Shown: positions 1 to 1,417 of the stretch, one piece after another
Position numbering within the stretch: position 1 is the first letter of the stretch
Layout of the letters: each line of letters opens with the position of its first letter
Source: Patescibacteria group bacterium
GTDB taxonomy: Bacteria > Patescibacteriota > Patescibacteriia > Magasanikbacterales > GWA2-37-8
DNA: 1,417 nucleotides
NCBI GenBank assembly: GCA_004321885.1
Contig: SCQK01000026.1
Location: forward strand, 1 to 1,417
Direction: 5' to 3'
Position numbers and translations under genes: made by a program
Notes under the pieces: generated by a model
What the model was told of the DNA's origin: nothing
What the model saw: only the letters and a program-made list of their open reading frames with translations
The model's database searches: none

Positions 1-1417
1 TCATGACAGCGCGTCGAGGATGTGCGCGAGCGAACCGGTCGCGACGCCGACGACTCTGTCGGCCGCGCCGTAATAGAGAAATAGCGCGTCGCCCCGCGCC
101 ACCGCACCGCAGGAGAAGACAACGTTCGCAACCTCGCCCTCCTTTTCGTATTTCTCTATCGGCTCGAAGATAGGGTCGGCGGTGCGCGCGAGCACCGACG
201 TGCCGGAGGCGTCGAGAAGCGCCGCGCCGAGGCGGTAGGTACCGTGGCGCGAGACGCCGTGATAGATCATGAGCCACTTGTCGCCGACCCGTATCGGCGG
301 CGCCGCGCTCCCGACCTTCGCTCCGTCCCACATGCCGCGCCGCGGCGCCATAATCTCGATACAACGGCTCACGCGCTTTCCCGCGGAGAGGTCGGGCAGG
401 AGGTCGGCGCATATCATATTGTTGATGCGGTGGTAGAGGAGGTAATTTCCGTCGACCTTCTCGGGCAGGAGCGCGAGGTCCTTATCGTCGACGCCGTCAG
501 GCGTCAGGAGAAACGGCGCGCTCCACGCGTCGAACCGCCGCGCGAGGAAGTCGTCAACGCTTATGGACGAGACCGCTCCCTGCGGGACGCGCACGCCGTC
601 GTATGCCGTATAGGTCATGTGGAGGATATTGTCGATGCGTACGATGCGCGGGTCCTCACAGCCGGAGTTGCCGAGCGGACTCCCATGTTTCATTTCAAAA
701 TCGGCACGCGGCGCGTAGACCGGAGCGGACAGGCGCTCGTCGATGGTGATGCCGTCTTTGGAAACGGCGAGTCCGATGGTGGACGTGTTCGCGCCGTCCA
801 TCGCTCGATAGAGGAGATGCACCGAGCCGTCGAGGTCGATGGCGGCGGGGTTGAACACGGCGCGGCTCTCGAAGCCGTCGCCTCGCGGCGCGAGGATCGG
901 ATTCTCTGCCGCGCGGTTGAAGGTGCGCGCGGGCCGCTCGGGGTCGAGGGCGCGCATAAGGTCGCGGAGCTTCACGCTCGCCTTGGCGCAGACGGTGTCC
1001 GCCGCGCCATACCAGATATTGAGCCGACCATCTTCGCCGAGAGTCGCGCTCGTCGGGAAGACGATGTTCGGCACGAGGCCGTACTCTTCATAAAATTCTT
1101 GCGGCACCAGGATTGCTTCTGTGCGCGCTATCAGCTTTTGCGGATTTTTTGTGTCAAAAAGCGCCGCCTCGACGGAGAAAACGCGTTTGTGCTCGTCGTA
1201 ATAATTCTGGATATAGGAGTAGATGACCAGCCACCCCTGCTCGGTCAAAAGCGGCGCCGCGCCGACTTCGACATGGTCGCCGTCGTCGCGGCGCATCTCC
1301 GCTATCGCGTGGTCAGCGAGATGTTCGTGCCACTCTTTCCAATATGCTTCGTCAAAGAAATCCTCGATTTTTTTGGCGCGGGCGAGTGCGATGGTCGGCC
1401 GCGGATGTTCCGCGGTC
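1..1417 (-). CDS. Glycoside hydrolase family 130 (DUF377) protein, likely a beta-mannoside phosphorylase or glycosidase. It has a tandem two-module architecture. It is 5'-partial: the stop codon is at nt 1-3 and the N-terminus lies beyond nt 1417.
   Basis: The minus-strand frame is open from nt 1417 down to the TGA at nt 3-1, at least 471 codons. I hand-translated nt 1297-1416 and found no stop: ...TAEHPRPTIALARAKKIEDFFDEAYWKEWHEHLADHAIAE, followed by MRRDDGDH.... The GH130 hallmark motifs are in the expected order: NPILAP / FESRAVFNPAAI near the module start, LLYRAMDG, the catalytic-region motif GCEDPRIV (Asp215 at nt 652-654), MTYTAYDG, DDKDLALLPEKVDGNYLLYHR, AAPPIRVGDKWLMIYHGV, and a C-terminal NVVFSCGAVARGDALFLYYGAADRVVGVATG. 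Codon usage is GC-rich at third positions throughout, consistent with a real gene in a high-GC genome. Confidence 0.88.
   Translation of the reverse strand, partial: TAEHPRPTIALARAKKIEDFFDEAYWKEWHEHLADHAIAEMRRDDGDHVEVGAAPLLTEQGWLVIYSYIQNYYDEHKRVFSVEAALFDTKNPQKLIARTEAILVPQEFYEEYGLVPNIVFPTSATLGEDGRLNIWYGAADTVCAKASVKLRDLMRALDPERPARTFNRAAENPILAPRGDGFESRAVFNPAAIDLDGSVHLLYRAMDGANTSTIGLAVSKDGITIDERLSAPVYAPRADFEMKHGSPLGNSGCEDPRIVRIDNILHMTYTAYDGVRVPQGAVSSISVDDFLARRFDAWSAPFLLTPDGVDDKDLALLPEKVDGNYLLYHRINNMICADLLPDLSAGKRVSRCIEIMAPRRGMWDGAKVGSAAPPIRVGDKWLMIYHGVSRHGTYRLGAALLDASGTSVLARTADPIFEPIEKYEKEGEVANVVFSCGAVARGDALFLYYGAADRVVGVATGSLAHILDALS
4..906 (-). other. Complete GH130 catalytic beta-propeller module (module 2, residues ~131-431 of the listed ORF)
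   Basis: The module begins at ENPILAPRGDGFESRAVFNPAAIDLDGSVHLLYRAMDG and ends at the protein C-terminus. It carries the GCEDPRIV motif and basic residues K272 (nt 481-483), H289 and R290 (nt 427-432) and R164 (nt 805-807). These residues sit in motif contexts where characterised GH130 phosphorylases place phosphate- and substrate-binding residues. Confidence 0.8.
943..1417 (-). other. C-terminal portion of an upstream, second GH130-like module (module 1). Its N-terminal half lies outside the window.
   Basis: This segment aligns motif by motif with the C-terminal third of module 2. HAIAEMRRDDGDHVEVGAAPLLTEQGWLVIYSY matches RCIEIMAPRRGMWDGAKVGSAAPPIRVGDKWLMIYHG. KRVFSVEAALFDTKNPQKLIARTEAILVPQEFYEEYGLVPNIVFPTSA matches YRLGAALLDASGTSVLARTADPIFEPIEKYEKEGEVANVVFSCGA. 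GEDGRLNIWYGAADTVCAKASVKLRDLMRAL matches RGDALFLYYGAADRVVGVATGSLAHILDAL. A linker, PERPARTFNRAA (nt ~907-942), follows. Confidence 0.7.

Noticed and set aside
328-350. GC-rich near-palindrome catgccgcgccgcggcgccat
   Set aside because: The symmetry is imperfect and it lies within the CDS, where it encodes ...MAPRRGMW.... It is most likely a by-product of Ala/Pro/Arg/Gly codons in high-GC DNA.
839-1093. Plus-strand 84-aa ORF (MAAGLNTARLSKPSPRGARIGFSAARLKVRAGRSGSRARIRS...)
   Set aside because: It lies entirely antisense to the strongly supported GH130 CDS. Its product is a low-complexity Arg/Ser/Ala-rich peptide, typical of spurious open frames on the opposite strand of high-GC genes. I recognise no motif in it and it has no credible RBS context.
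1294-1296. ATG at 1296-1294 (minus strand) as the gene start, as implied by the ORF track
   Set aside because: The frame is open upstream to the window edge and the GH130 homology continues through it. GGAG abuts the ATG with no spacer. I treat it as an internal Met.
1397-1417. Possible hairpin: two copies of the self-complementary CCGCGG hexamer (1399-1404 and 1410-1415) separated by ATGTT
   Set aside because: It sits inside coding sequence at the window edge. The stem is only 6-8 bp and GC-rich palindromic hexamers are expected by chance at this base composition. It is not positioned downstream of a stop codon, so it is not a terminator.
1-1417. Searched for CRISPR repeats, tRNA/rRNA-like segments, IS-element terminal inverted repeats, or promoter/terminator signals
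   Set aside because: I found none. The window is wall-to-wall coding sequence of one gene, with no intergenic DNA, no periodic direct repeats and no recognisable RNA-gene structure.

Overview
The whole window is coding sequence from a single minus-strand gene. Its stop codon (TGA) is the reverse complement of nt 1-3. The reading frame stays open through nt 1417, so the N-terminus and true start codon lie beyond the high-coordinate edge of the window. The six-frame track reports 1..1296 only because 1296 is the first in-frame Met. The product is recognisably a glycoside hydrolase family 130 (GH130 / DUF377) beta-propeller enzyme, the family of beta-mannoside phosphorylases and related mannosidases. 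The motifs supporting this are NPILAP, FESRAVFNPAAI, LLYRAMDG, GCEDPRIV, MTYTAYDG, LLPEKVDGNYLLYHR, SAAPPIRVGDKWLMIYHGV, NVVFSCGAVARGDALFLYYGAADRVVGVAT. The most unusual point is that the polypeptide carries two GH130 modules in tandem. The window holds the C-terminal roughly 150 aa of an upstream module (nt ~943-1417), a short Pro/Arg-rich linker, and then one complete module (nt 4-906). DNA is about 64-67% GC with a few AT-rich codon patches. No intergenic sequence, promoter, terminator, RNA gene, mobile element or CRISPR array is visible. I see no evidence for a novel multi-gene system here. What can be supported is one carbohydrate-active enzyme gene with an atypical duplicated-domain architecture.
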